Positions 17,295 to 25,363 of a stretch of DNA of 64,000 nucleotides are shown here, in pieces (the stretch's first letter is position 1; each line of letters begins with the position of its first letter). The notes beneath the pieces were generated by a model. The model made no database searches and had not been told where the DNA came from. It worked only from the letters and a program-made list of their open reading frames with translations. The DNA comes from an uncultured Candidatus Rokubacteria bacterium. Its GTDB lineage: Bacteria; Methylomirabilota; Methylomirabilia; Rokubacteriales; DASRDR01. The stretch lies in the NCBI GenBank assembly GCA_963749975.1, contig CAVVOZ010000025.1:1-64000 (forward strand). The letters are read 5' to 3'. The translations under genes and the position numbers were made by a program.

Positions 17295-18745
17295 TAAGTC
17301 TGGGTTACCCTCCGAGACCTGTCAGATCAGAAGTCAGGGTTACCAGGGGCCGGGGAGCGAGGGAGCCGCATGAGGGCGCGGGGCGTGGGTGTCGGGGGCG
17401 GTGAGGAGATCGGATCGGCGGGCCCGGGTGGCGGCGCGGGCCGCTGGGTGCCCGTAGGAGCGCGAGTTGGGCGCGAGGCCATATCGGGCTATCCCCCTGC
17501 CGAGGTGTTTTCCGGGCTGGTGGGTGGGACCGCCAAGGTCCAGAGGCGCTCCAAGGCGGCCTCGAGCTGACGGCGAAGATGCAGCGGGTTCAGGCGCTGA
17601 TACACCGCCTCGAGCTCCTGCCGACGCCGGGTGGAGAGCACGCCCGTCGCCCCGAGCCGCTGATACGGGGTGCGGGCGCGATCGTACACGCGATGCACGC
17701 GCGGGCCACGGCGCTCCTTGCGCACGAGCTGCTGGACCGGTTGGAAGAAGTTGATGTGCAGGCGCGCGAGGTCATACACGCGAGCGAGCTGGGCATAGGC
17801 GGCCTTGGAGGCGTAGCGATCATAGCCGATGAGGGGGCGGACGATGGCGCCGTTCTTCTGCTCGACATGGGCACTGTCGTTCTTCTGGTACGGGCGACTG
17901 CGGGTGAAGGTGATGCCCTCGCGCTGGCACCAGGCATACAGGTCGTGGTTGATGAACTCGGAGCCGTTGTCGCTGTCCAGGCCGCGCAGGGGGATCGGCA
18001 GGCGCTGGCGGACGTGGTGAATGGCGGTGCCGACCCGTTTCTGGCCCTTGCCCCAGACGGCTTGGAGGTCGACCCACGTGGTCGCGACATCGACGGCGCA
18101 GAGGGTGTAGAGGTAGAAGCCCTGGTGGTGGGGCCGCAGTGGGCGACCAGGTCCAGTTCGAGGAAGCCGGGCTGGGCGTCGGTCCACTCGGCGAAGGTGC
18201 GGACGGGGATCTGGTGCTTGAGCCAGGCGCCGGGGCGGGTCGTCGTGAGACCCCGGTGCGGCAGGGTGCGCCGAAAGGGCGCCAAGAGGCGGGCGAGGGT
18301 GGCGGGGCTGACCTGGCGCAGGTGCTTGTCGACTTCGGGCGTGACCCCCACGTCGCCACTCCGGGTCAGGCGATCGAGCAGCTCGGGGAGGAAGGGGTGC
18401 CAGCGGTGCGGGCCGATGTGGCCCGTGGCCTCGGAGAGGAGCTGGGCCGCGGCGGCCACGGCGGGGCCGTATCGGCGCGGGCGGCCCGAGCGGGGGCGAC
18501 TCGTGGCCGGGCGCAGCGGGCGCCGCAGCAGGCGGATGGCCGCCTTGCGATGCAGGCCCGGTGACCGCCACCACCTCGTTCAGCAGCCGGTGCTTCTCCG
18601 CCCGCGGGGCGCGCAGGTAGCGCTCCCGCTGCACGGCGGCATACTCCCGCAGACTGGCTCGGGTCACGGTCACCTCCTGGCTGGGGTTGGTAACCGTGAC
18701 TTTTGATGGAGCCCCCTCCGTTCGGTAACCGAAATTTTGATCCGA
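17295..18745 (-). mobile_element. insertion sequence with an rve-type DDE transposase (IS481/ISNCY-like), with doubled sub-terminal repeats
   Basis: The ends carry paired copies of an AAGTC(A/G)GGTTACC-type motif. At the left end, 17300-17345, these are taagtctgggttacc and gaagtcagggttacc. At the right end, 18695-18740, they are ggtaaccgtgacttttgat and ggtaaccgaaattttgat. The left and right copies are in inverted orientation. Confidence 0.55.
17489..18673 (-). CDS. DDE (integrase-core, rve) transposase, split over two frames (central part in ORF 17590..18459)
   Basis: The N-terminus has an HTH-like region (MTVTRASLREYAAVQRERYLRAPRAEKHRLLNEVVAVTG). The core reads …LCAVDVATTWVDLQAVWGKGQ…GLDSDNGSEFINHDLYAWCQREGITFTRSRPYQKNDSAHVEQKNG…. 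Confidence 0.75.
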   Translation of the reverse strand: MTVTRASLREYAAVQRERYLRAPRAEKHRLLNEVVAVTGPASQGGHPPAAAPAAPGHESPPLGPPAPIRPRRGRRGPAPLRGHGPHRPAPLAPLPPRAARSPDPEWRRGGHARSRQAPAPGQPRHPRPPLGALSAHPAAPGSHDDPPRRLAQAPDPRPHLRRVDRRPARLPRTGPGRPLRPHHQGFYLYTLCAVDVATTWVDLQAVWGKGQKRVGTAIHHVRQRLPIPLRGLDSDNGSEFINHDLYAWCQREGITFTRSRPYQKNDSAHVEQKNGAIVRPLIGYDRYASKAAYAQLARVYDLARLHINFFQPVQQLVRKERRGPRVHRVYDRARTPYQRLGATGVLSTRRRQELEAVYQRLNPLHLRRQLEAALERLWTLAVPPTSPENTSAGG

Positions 18746-18855
18746 TGCGGCCTCTGGCGCCCATCGCCGGCTTGCTGTAGGGTCGGGCGCGATCGCCCGC
18801 AGTCAGTTCTCCCGAGGCGGGCACCTCGCCACGTGCCAGACGACGGAGGACTTCA

Positions 18856-19290
18856 ATGAGGCTCGCCCAGCTCACGACCCTCACCGGCCTCGCCCTCGTC
18901 GGGTGTCTGCTACAGCCGTTCGTCGGGCCGGCCGTCGGCGAGGTGGATGTGGCCGCGTCCCTGACCGGACGCTGGGAAGGGGCGGCGGAGGTCCCGAGCC
19001 CCCAGTACCTGCCGACGCGGGTGCTGCTCATCAAGAACGTCGCTCGGGACGCGACGGCGCAGGGGATCGCCAAGTGGAAGGCGGACGGCGCCTACGGGGT
19101 CACGGCCGACAAGGTCGGCCGCGTCGACCTCGTCATCACGGTGGTGGAGCCCATGGTCACGGTCGAGTTCACGACGCCCTTGGCCCTCCACGCGACGCTG
19201 AAGCTCGTGAAGCCGAACGTGCTCGAGGGCACCCTCTCCGCCGGCGGCGGCGGGCGCGCCTATCGGATACACCTGGAGCGGCGCGAGTAA
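18856..19290 (+). CDS. hypothetical lipoprotein
   Basis: Signal peptide with a lipobox (LALVGC), then a globular domain. Confidence 0.6.
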   Translation: MRLAQLTTLTGLALVGCLLQPFVGPAVGEVDVAASLTGRWEGAAEVPSPQYLPTRVLLIKNVARDATAQGIAKWKADGAYGVTADKVGRVDLVITVVEPMVTVEFTTPLALHATLKLVKPNVLEGTLSAGGGGRAYRIHLERRE

Positions 19291-19459
19291 CCGCGCACCG
19301 GATGGCCCCGCCGATCTGGCCCGACGCCACCGGTTGGCCGCGCCCCCCGCGGGCTTGCTGGACGTGCGGCTGGCCGCGACGTCGTGCCGATGCGCCTCCG
19401 GGCCGGCGACACGCGGCGCTCCTGTCCTTCCGCGGTCGCCCGGCCGCATCGTTCCAGGC

Positions 19460-20353
19460 GTGATCGTCCATCTCGTCGACGGGACCTTCGAGCTGTTCCG
19501 CTACTTCCTCTCGCCGGCGGCCGCGTTCGGCCGGAGCACTCCCGAGGAGCTGCGAGGGGTGCGCGGCGTGGTCGCGTCCATGCTGGGGATGCTCGAGGAG
19601 GGGGCGACGCACGTGGGCGTGGCCACCGACCACGTCATCGAGTCGTTTCGCAACGCGCTCTGGCCCGGCTACAAGACGGGCGAGGGCATCGACCCGGTGC
19701 TCTACGCGCAGTTCGCGCCGCTGGAGGAGGCCCTGCGCGCCCTCGGCGTGGTCGTCTGGCCCATGGTCGAGTTCGAGGCCGACGATGCGCTGGCCGCGGC
19801 GGCCGCCATGGCCGCGGCCGATCCGCGGGTCGAGCAGGTGCTGGTGTGCACGCCGGACAAGGACCTGGCGCAATGCGTGCGAGGCGACCGGGTCGTGCAG
19901 CTGGACCGGCGCACTGGCGAGCGACGCGACGAGGCGGGGGTGCGCCGGAAGTTCGGCGTTCCACCCGCGTCGATTCCCGATTGGCTCGCGCTGGTGGGCG
20001 ACAGCGCCGACGGCTACCCCGGTCTTCCCGGCTGGGGGAAGACGTCCGCGGCGACGGTGCTCGCTCGCTATCAACACATCGAGCGTATTCCGACGCTCGC
20101 CACCGAGTGGGACGTGTCCGTGCGTGGCGCCGCGCGCCTGGCCGCGACCCTCGCGGAACAGCGCGATCGCGCGCTGCTGTTCCGGGAGCTGGCCACGCTG
20201 CGCACCGATGCGCCCATCGGCACCGACGTGGACGCGCTGCGCTGGACCGGGCCGCGCTCCGAGTTCAAGGGATGGTCCGAGCGCCTCGGCTCGGCCGAGC
20301 TTCACGAGCGCGCTTCTGTGCTGGCGGCCGGGCGCGCGGCCAGCACGCGTTGA
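19460..20353 (+). CDS. 5'-3' exonuclease / flap endonuclease-like (Pol I 5'-nuclease, PIN-like domain)
   Basis: VIVHLVDGTFELFRYF…VGVATDH…FRNALWPGYKTGEG…VEFEADDALAAAA…VLVCTPDKDLAQCV…KFGVPPASIPDWLALVGDSADGYPGLPGWGKTSAATVL (H3TH region). Confidence 0.75.
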   Translation: MIVHLVDGTFELFRYFLSPAAAFGRSTPEELRGVRGVVASMLGMLEEGATHVGVATDHVIESFRNALWPGYKTGEGIDPVLYAQFAPLEEALRALGVVVWPMVEFEADDALAAAAAMAAADPRVEQVLVCTPDKDLAQCVRGDRVVQLDRRTGERRDEAGVRRKFGVPPASIPDWLALVGDSADGYPGLPGWGKTSAATVLARYQHIERIPTLATEWDVSVRGAARLAATLAEQRDRALLFRELATLRTDAPIGTDVDALRWTGPRSEFKGWSERLGSAELHERASVLAAGRAASTR

Positions 20354-20491
20354 GCCAAATCCTCGCGACCGAGCCGGACGCCTTACGCCCCTGCGATTAA
20401 CCGTGGGCCGACGGTCTCGTGGGCGGCCTTCGGAGACCTCCTGATGACCAGACCCACTTCGACCGGCAAGCTCCTCCCGATCGACATGCTC

Positions 20492-20779
20492 CTAGGCGCC
20501 GTTGCAGCCTCCGCACACACTGAAGTCACAAGTGTGTGCTCCCGAACACGTCCACGTCTGCGGATCGCAGCGAGTATTGCGGCTGTTACACGTGCAGCCA
20601 GCAGGTTGACCGTTGACCGTGCGGCAAGTGCTGCTTCCGGTGATGGTTACCACCGGTGGTCCCACGGTCGGCTCGCCACCATCCCCGCCGCCACCGCAGC
20701 CTGCCAGCATGACGAGAGACAGCCAAACCGCAAGACCGGAGGCGACCAGTTGGACGACCATCCCACAGAGGCGTGTCAT
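20492..20779 (-). CDS. small Cys-rich lipoprotein (8 Cys in a ~70-aa mature part)
   Basis: MTRLCGMVVQLVASGLAVWLSLVMLAGCGGGG…CRTVNGQPAGCTCNSRNTRCDPQTWTCSGAHTCDFSVCGGCNGA. Confidence 0.5.
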   Translation of the reverse strand: MTRLCGMVVQLVASGLAVWLSLVMLAGCGGGGDGGEPTVGPPVVTITGSSTCRTVNGQPAGCTCNSRNTRCDPQTWTCSGAHTCDFSVCGGCNGA

Positions 20780-21267
20780 GGGCGTATCTCCTTTCCCGAG
20801 ACGGCGCCGGTAGGTCGACTCGCGGACCACGGTCTCGCGAGCCCGTAGCCGAATGGGTCCAGGGCCCGGTCGAGGATGCGACTGAACATTGCGCATCCTC
20901 TGAGGTCGCGTCCTTCAACTCTCACCCACGTCCTGACACGATCCAGGACCTCGCTGCCAGCAGGCATCTGCAGGTGTCCGCCGCCCTCAACTTCGTGTGA
21001 GAGCATGGTCACAAGGACCTGGTGCATGAACGTGGCCACGCGTAGCCGCGCGTCCGGGCGGAACACGGACATGAGATCGCTGTCAGGAGCGAGGCGTCGC
21101 GACCCCAGTGGGGCGGCGACGGGGCAGCTGCCGGCGCCGAAGCTCGCCGCGTCGGGCGTTTCCACGAGCGAGAGCCGCCGAAGCCCGCCTGGCGTGGGTG
21201 TTGCACCAAGGCGCTAGAAGCGCGGCCGCCGCTCTGCCGGCGACCTGAAATCTCAGGGAGGTGGACC

Positions 21268-21774
21268 ATGGGTAGAGGCTGGCTGTATCCAAGTGTTATC
21301 GCGGTAGTCCTGGTGGTGGGCGTTCCAGGCGCGGCCGTCGCCCAGGAGAAGTCGAAGCTCTCGGATCAGCTGATCGAGCAGCTCGCGACGGGACTCACGC
21401 GGATTGCCGAAGCCGGGAGTGCCCGGATGGCTGCCTACTTCACCGCGGAGCCCACACCCGAGGTCCGGGCGTATCTCGAGGGCCAGGGCGTCGAGGTCAT
21501 CGTCGCCGCTGCCGCCGCGCCGGCCCCGGCCGGGCCGCCGCCCGGCAGCCCGATGCCGCCGGCGCCGGGCTTCACCACGATGCCGGCGCCCGGCTCCGCT
21601 CCCGGCCCTTACGGGATGATGGGCATGCGGGTGCCCGAATCGAAGAAGATGATCCAGGATTTCCTCACGGGCGTGCGCGAGCTGGCAGCGAGCCTGCCGG
21701 CGGACAGCCCGCTCGCGATCGACGTATTCACGGTGGACCTGCCCGGGGGCAGCATCACGTTCCGGCTGCGGTAG
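21268..21774 (+). CDS. hypothetical secreted protein
   Basis: Signal peptide (VVLVVGVPGAAVAQE) and a Pro/Ala-rich linker. Confidence 0.5.
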   Translation: MGRGWLYPSVIAVVLVVGVPGAAVAQEKSKLSDQLIEQLATGLTRIAEAGSARMAAYFTAEPTPEVRAYLEGQGVEVIVAAAAAPAPAGPPPGSPMPPAPGFTTMPAPGSAPGPYGMMGMRVPESKKMIQDFLTGVRELAASLPADSPLAIDVFTVDLPGGSITFRLR

Positions 21775-21798
21775 GAAGACCTGGCGACTCGGGGCGTC

Positions 21799-22152
21799 GT
21801 GAAGAGAGGGAGATCGGACATGAAGCGAGTGATCGTCGCGGTGATTGTGCTGGCCCTCGCCTCGCTCGTCCTGGCACCCGTGCCCGCCCAGGCCAACGGC
21901 CGTTTCTGGGGGGCGTTCGTGGCCGGAGGCCTCGCAGGGGTGATCATCGGCGGGGCGCTGGCCGCACCGCAGTACGTGCCGCCGACCGTGGTCTACCCGT
22001 ACCCGCCATACGCGCAGCCCCCGGGCTACTACGCCGCGCCGCCGCCCGGGTACGCGCCCGGCTACCCGGGCGCCGGACCCGTCTACATCCCGCCGCAGTG
22101 GGTATGGAACGGCTATCAGTGGGTGTGGCAGCCGGGCTACTGGCGATACTAG
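21799..22152 (+). CDS. secreted Pro/Tyr/Trp-rich small protein (…WVWNGYQWVWQPGYWRY)
   Basis: Signal peptide plus low-complexity YPYPPY…GYxW repeats. A terminator hairpin follows. Confidence 0.5.
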   Translation: MKRGRSDMKRVIVAVIVLALASLVLAPVPAQANGRFWGAFVAGGLAGVIIGGALAAPQYVPPTVVYPYPPYAQPPGYYAAPPPGYAPGYPGAGPVYIPPQWVWNGYQWVWQPGYWRY

Positions 22153-22222
22153 GCGGAGCGTGACGGCTCCGCCTCCCTGCTAGCGCAGCGTCAGGTGAGC
22201 CGTTTCCTGGAGGCAAGTATCG

Positions 22223-22247
22223 GAAACGCAGTCTGCGTTTCTTCGCG
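22223..22247 (+). terminator. perfect 9-bp hairpin GAAACGCAG-TC-TGCGTTTC followed by TTCGCG
   Basis: Located directly after the 21799..22152 CDS. Confidence 0.4.
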
Positions 22248-22762
22248 ACCTGACAGGTCGCTGCGGGCCCGCGTCTTGGGCGGAGGGCGAAGAGCATGAG
22301 ACCCAACCGTCAGGCATCCCGCGCGGCCGCGCAGCCCGGGTCACGTGCGCGGCGCCGCGCGTCGCCGCCGCCCGGCCCGCACCGGCGCCCGCGGCTCGGT
22401 TGGCAGACGGTGTCGCCTGGCGAAGCCGTCACGCCTCCTGAGCTGGAGGGCGATACCGTTGCCGTGCTGGTGCGTCTTCTCGAATGGGCCGCTCCCGCGG
22501 GTGTGGACTTCGAGTCGGCGCTGCGCCGCGCTCGCACAGTCGAGGCCGAGCGCCTCCAGAAACCTGCGCGATGAGTTGCATGGTGCCGTGGCTCGGCAGT
22601 CCGGCGGAACCCGGCGGCGGCTGATCGAGGGCCCCCTGCGCCGCCTGGGCGGCGATTCGACCGGTCCACCCTCTGGCCACTTGCTCGCCACCGAGCGTCC
22701 AGGAGTGAGCGAGCGTTTCGGGATGTCGCCGGTTCCACAAAGGGCGTAGTACCGTTCTCTCG

Positions 22763-23041
22763 ATGGCCCTGGACGACGAGCGCTGCTGCTTCTGCCGACG
22801 CGCCGTGCTGGTCGGGGAATGGCCTGCCCGCCCGGGCTGGCTGGAGATCGAGTGCCCCGTCTGCGGTCTCTATCGAGTGGAACGACAGTTCTGGATCACC
22901 GCCCACTACAAGAAGGCGAGAGAGCCGGTTCTGTATCGACGGCTGGCCCGCTGGCTCGAGGAGTCCCGGGACCGCGCCCAGCCGCCGGAGATCCCGTTCG
23001 AGGGCTGGGAGCGGGTCGCGGGGTCGCATCCGGGCGCGTGA
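22763..23041 (+). CDS. small zinc-ribbon-like protein (CCFC…CPVC)
   Basis: 92-aa ORF with two Cys pairs. No family recognised. Confidence 0.4.
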   Translation: MALDDERCCFCRRAVLVGEWPARPGWLEIECPVCGLYRVERQFWITAHYKKAREPVLYRRLARWLEESRDRAQPPEIPFEGWERVAGSHPGA

Positions 23042-23077
23042 ACCCGTTCCACCTCTCCGGGACGCGGGTGCGGGCGG

Positions 23078-24394
23078 TCAGCCTCGCGTGATGCGGGCGC
23101 CGAGGGCCCTCAAGCGCTCGTCGATCCGCTCGTAGCCGCGGTCGATCTGGCGCGTGTTGCGGATGAGGGAGGTCCCGCGCGCGCAGAGAGCGGCGGCCAG
23201 GAGCGCCATGCCCGCGCGGATGTCGGGCGACACCATCGTCGCTCCGTGGAGCCGGCTCGGCCCGGCCACCACCGCCCGGTGCGGGTCACACAGGACGACC
23301 CGCGCTCCCATGTCGATCAGCCGATCCACGAAGAACAGGCGGCTCTCGAAGAGCTTCTCGTGGATGAGCACGGTGCCCGCGCACTGGGTGGCCAGGACGA
23401 GCGCCATGGGTGTGAGGTCGGCGGGGAAGCCCGGCCAGGGGGCGTCGTCGACGGTGGGGATGGCGCCGCCGAGGTCGTCGGACACCGCCAGCCGCTGGCC
23501 GCCCGGTACCACGAGGACCGTGCCCTCCAGCTGCGTCTCCAGGCCGAGCCGTGCGAAGACGAGCCGGATCATCCGCAGGTGCTCGGGCGCCACGTCGAGG
23601 ACGCGCAGCTCGCCGCCCGTCATGGCGGCCAGCGCGACGAACGAGCCGATCTCGATGTGGTCGGGCCCGATCCGGTGGGTGGCGGGCGCGAGCGCCTCCA
23701 CGCCCTCGATCTCGAGGGCGTTCGTCCCGATGCCCCGGATCTTCGCGCCCATCGCGTTCAGCGCGTGGCAGAGGCCCTGGACGTGAGGCTCGCAGGCCGC
23801 GTTGAGAAGCCGCGTTCTCCCGCGCGCGAGCACGGCGGCCATCACCGCGTTCTCGGTGGCGGTCACGCTCGCCTCGTCCAGGAACACCTCGGCGCCCTTG
23901 AAGCGCCCGGGCAGTGTCAGGCGGTAGACGTTGTCACCCAGCTCGATCTCGGCGCCGAGCTGGCGGAGCGCGAGGACGTGGGTATCGATGCGCCGCCGGC
24001 CGATCTGGTCGCCGCCGGGGCGGGGGAGCACCGCCTCGCCCCGGCGCGCCAGGAGCGGCGCGGCGAGCAGAAAGGACCCGCGAATGCGCGACGCGAGGGC
24101 CGGGTCCGGCGCGCCGCTCGCGAGCCCGGAGGCGTCGATCCGGACCGTCCGCTCTCCCACCAGCGCGATGCCTGCCCCCAGACCGCGCACCGCCTCCAGC
24201 AGGGTCTCCACGTCGCCGATCTGGGGGAGGTTGTCGAGGACGACCGGTCCTGACACGAGCAGCGACGCCGCGATCACGGGGAGGGCCTCGTTCTTGTTGC
24301 CGGCCGGCCGGAGCGCGCCCTGGATGGGACGCCCGCCCTCGACGGTGAACTGATCGCCGGGCAGCGGCTCGACGAAGAGTGCCACGGATCCCAT
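23078..24394 (-). CDS. murA: UDP-N-acetylglucosamine 1-carboxyvinyltransferase
   Basis: [18 protein letters not shown]… and the EPT-family fold run the full length. It ends …[16 protein letters not shown]. Confidence 0.9.
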   Translation of the reverse strand: MGSVALFVEPLPGDQFTVEGGRPIQGALRPAGNKNEALPVIAASLLVSGPVVLDNLPQIGDVETLLEAVRGLGAGIALVGERTVRIDASGLASGAPDPALASRIRGSFLLAAPLLARRGEAVLPRPGGDQIGRRRIDTHVLALRQLGAEIELGDNVYRLTLPGRFKGAEVFLDEASVTATENAVMAAVLARGRTRLLNAACEPHVQGLCHALNAMGAKIRGIGTNALEIEGVEALAPATHRIGPDHIEIGSFVALAAMTGGELRVLDVAPEHLRMIRLVFARLGLETQLEGTVLVVPGGQRLAVSDDLGGAIPTVDDAPWPGFPADLTPMALVLATQCAGTVLIHEKLFESRLFFVDRLIDMGARVVLCDPHRAVVAGPSRLHGATMVSPDIRAGMALLAAALCARGTSLIRNTRQIDRGYERIDERLRALGARITRG

Positions 24395-24697
24395 GCTACC
24401 CGGAGAACCCGCCCGGACAGGTCAACAACCTTGCGGAACTCCTCAGCGCGTCTTCTCGCGTGTCTCTCGGGACCCGCGGACCTCGTGGCGGCTGTCCTCC
24501 TGCACCGGCGTGAGCGCGGCACAGCCTGTGTTGAGCGCACGAGCGGTGTTGGGCGGGGTGGCGGACCCTGAAGCCCGTCTGGTGCCCGGGGCCGCCTTCC
24601 TGTAGGGTCGGGCGAGGGGACTCCCCGCCACGGCCGCGCGGGATGGGCGGGGCCCGACGGATCACGGGCGAGATCATCGAGTGATGATCGGTTCGAG

Positions 24698-25048
24698 GTG
24701 ACGATGAGACCGGCAGGACGGTACCGGTTCACGCTCTTCTGGGCCTCGGTGCTGGTCGGTCTTGGCGTTGGTGTCATGGCGATGGGTGTCGTCTGCGCGG
24801 GCCTGCTCTTGCTCCTGCCCGATCGGATTCCGGTCCCGTATCCGTGGCCACGCCTCCTGGCGGCGGCCGTCGCGGTGGTCGGAGGCCTGCTCGTGGGTGC
24901 GCCGCTGATCATGATCGGTCAGCTGGTGCAGGTCTTCCTCGACCAGCGCCGGCTCCTGGGCCGCATTCACCACCGGCTCCGTCGCTGGGAGGACGAGCGG
25001 GAGTCGGAGCGGACCCACCCCATGCGCGGCCCCGTCCGGCCGCCGTGA
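24698..25048 (+). CDS. hypothetical membrane protein (3 TM)
   Basis: Hydrophobic helices FTLFWASVLVGLGVGVMAMGVVCAGLLLLL and AAAVAVVGGLLVGAPLIMIG. Confidence 0.5.
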   Translation: MTMRPAGRYRFTLFWASVLVGLGVGVMAMGVVCAGLLLLLPDRIPVPYPWPRLLAAAVAVVGGLLVGAPLIMIGQLVQVFLDQRRLLGRIHHRLRRWEDERESERTHPMRGPVRPP

Positions 25049-25363
25049 CTCCTGGCGCGGTCGATCGCACCGGGCCAGGGGGGATCGCGCCCGTGCCGCG
25101 GGGTCGCCCGGGGACCACTCGGTTATCGTGGTCGGCGGTCCCGATCAGACCCTCCCGGGCTTGCCTTCGGGGTGTCCGCGACCGACCCCGGGCGTCAGGG
25201 GCAGCTTCCGGCTGAGGTGGTCCCGGGGAAGGGCCCCCTCGAGGAGCCTCGTGGTCGCCGAAGGTGCTGCCCGGTGGAGCCCGATTCCTGCCTTCCAGGC
25301 TAGGACAGGTGTCCGGGGCTTCCGTGCTAGGCTATCCCCCATGATTCCGCACGGTTCGGCGCC

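Noticed and set aside
17489-18673. Programmed -1 frameshifting (IS3-like) in the DDE transposase
   Set aside because: Frame breaks are ubiquitous in this contig and no obvious slippery heptamer was seen at the junctions. It is more likely error or decay.
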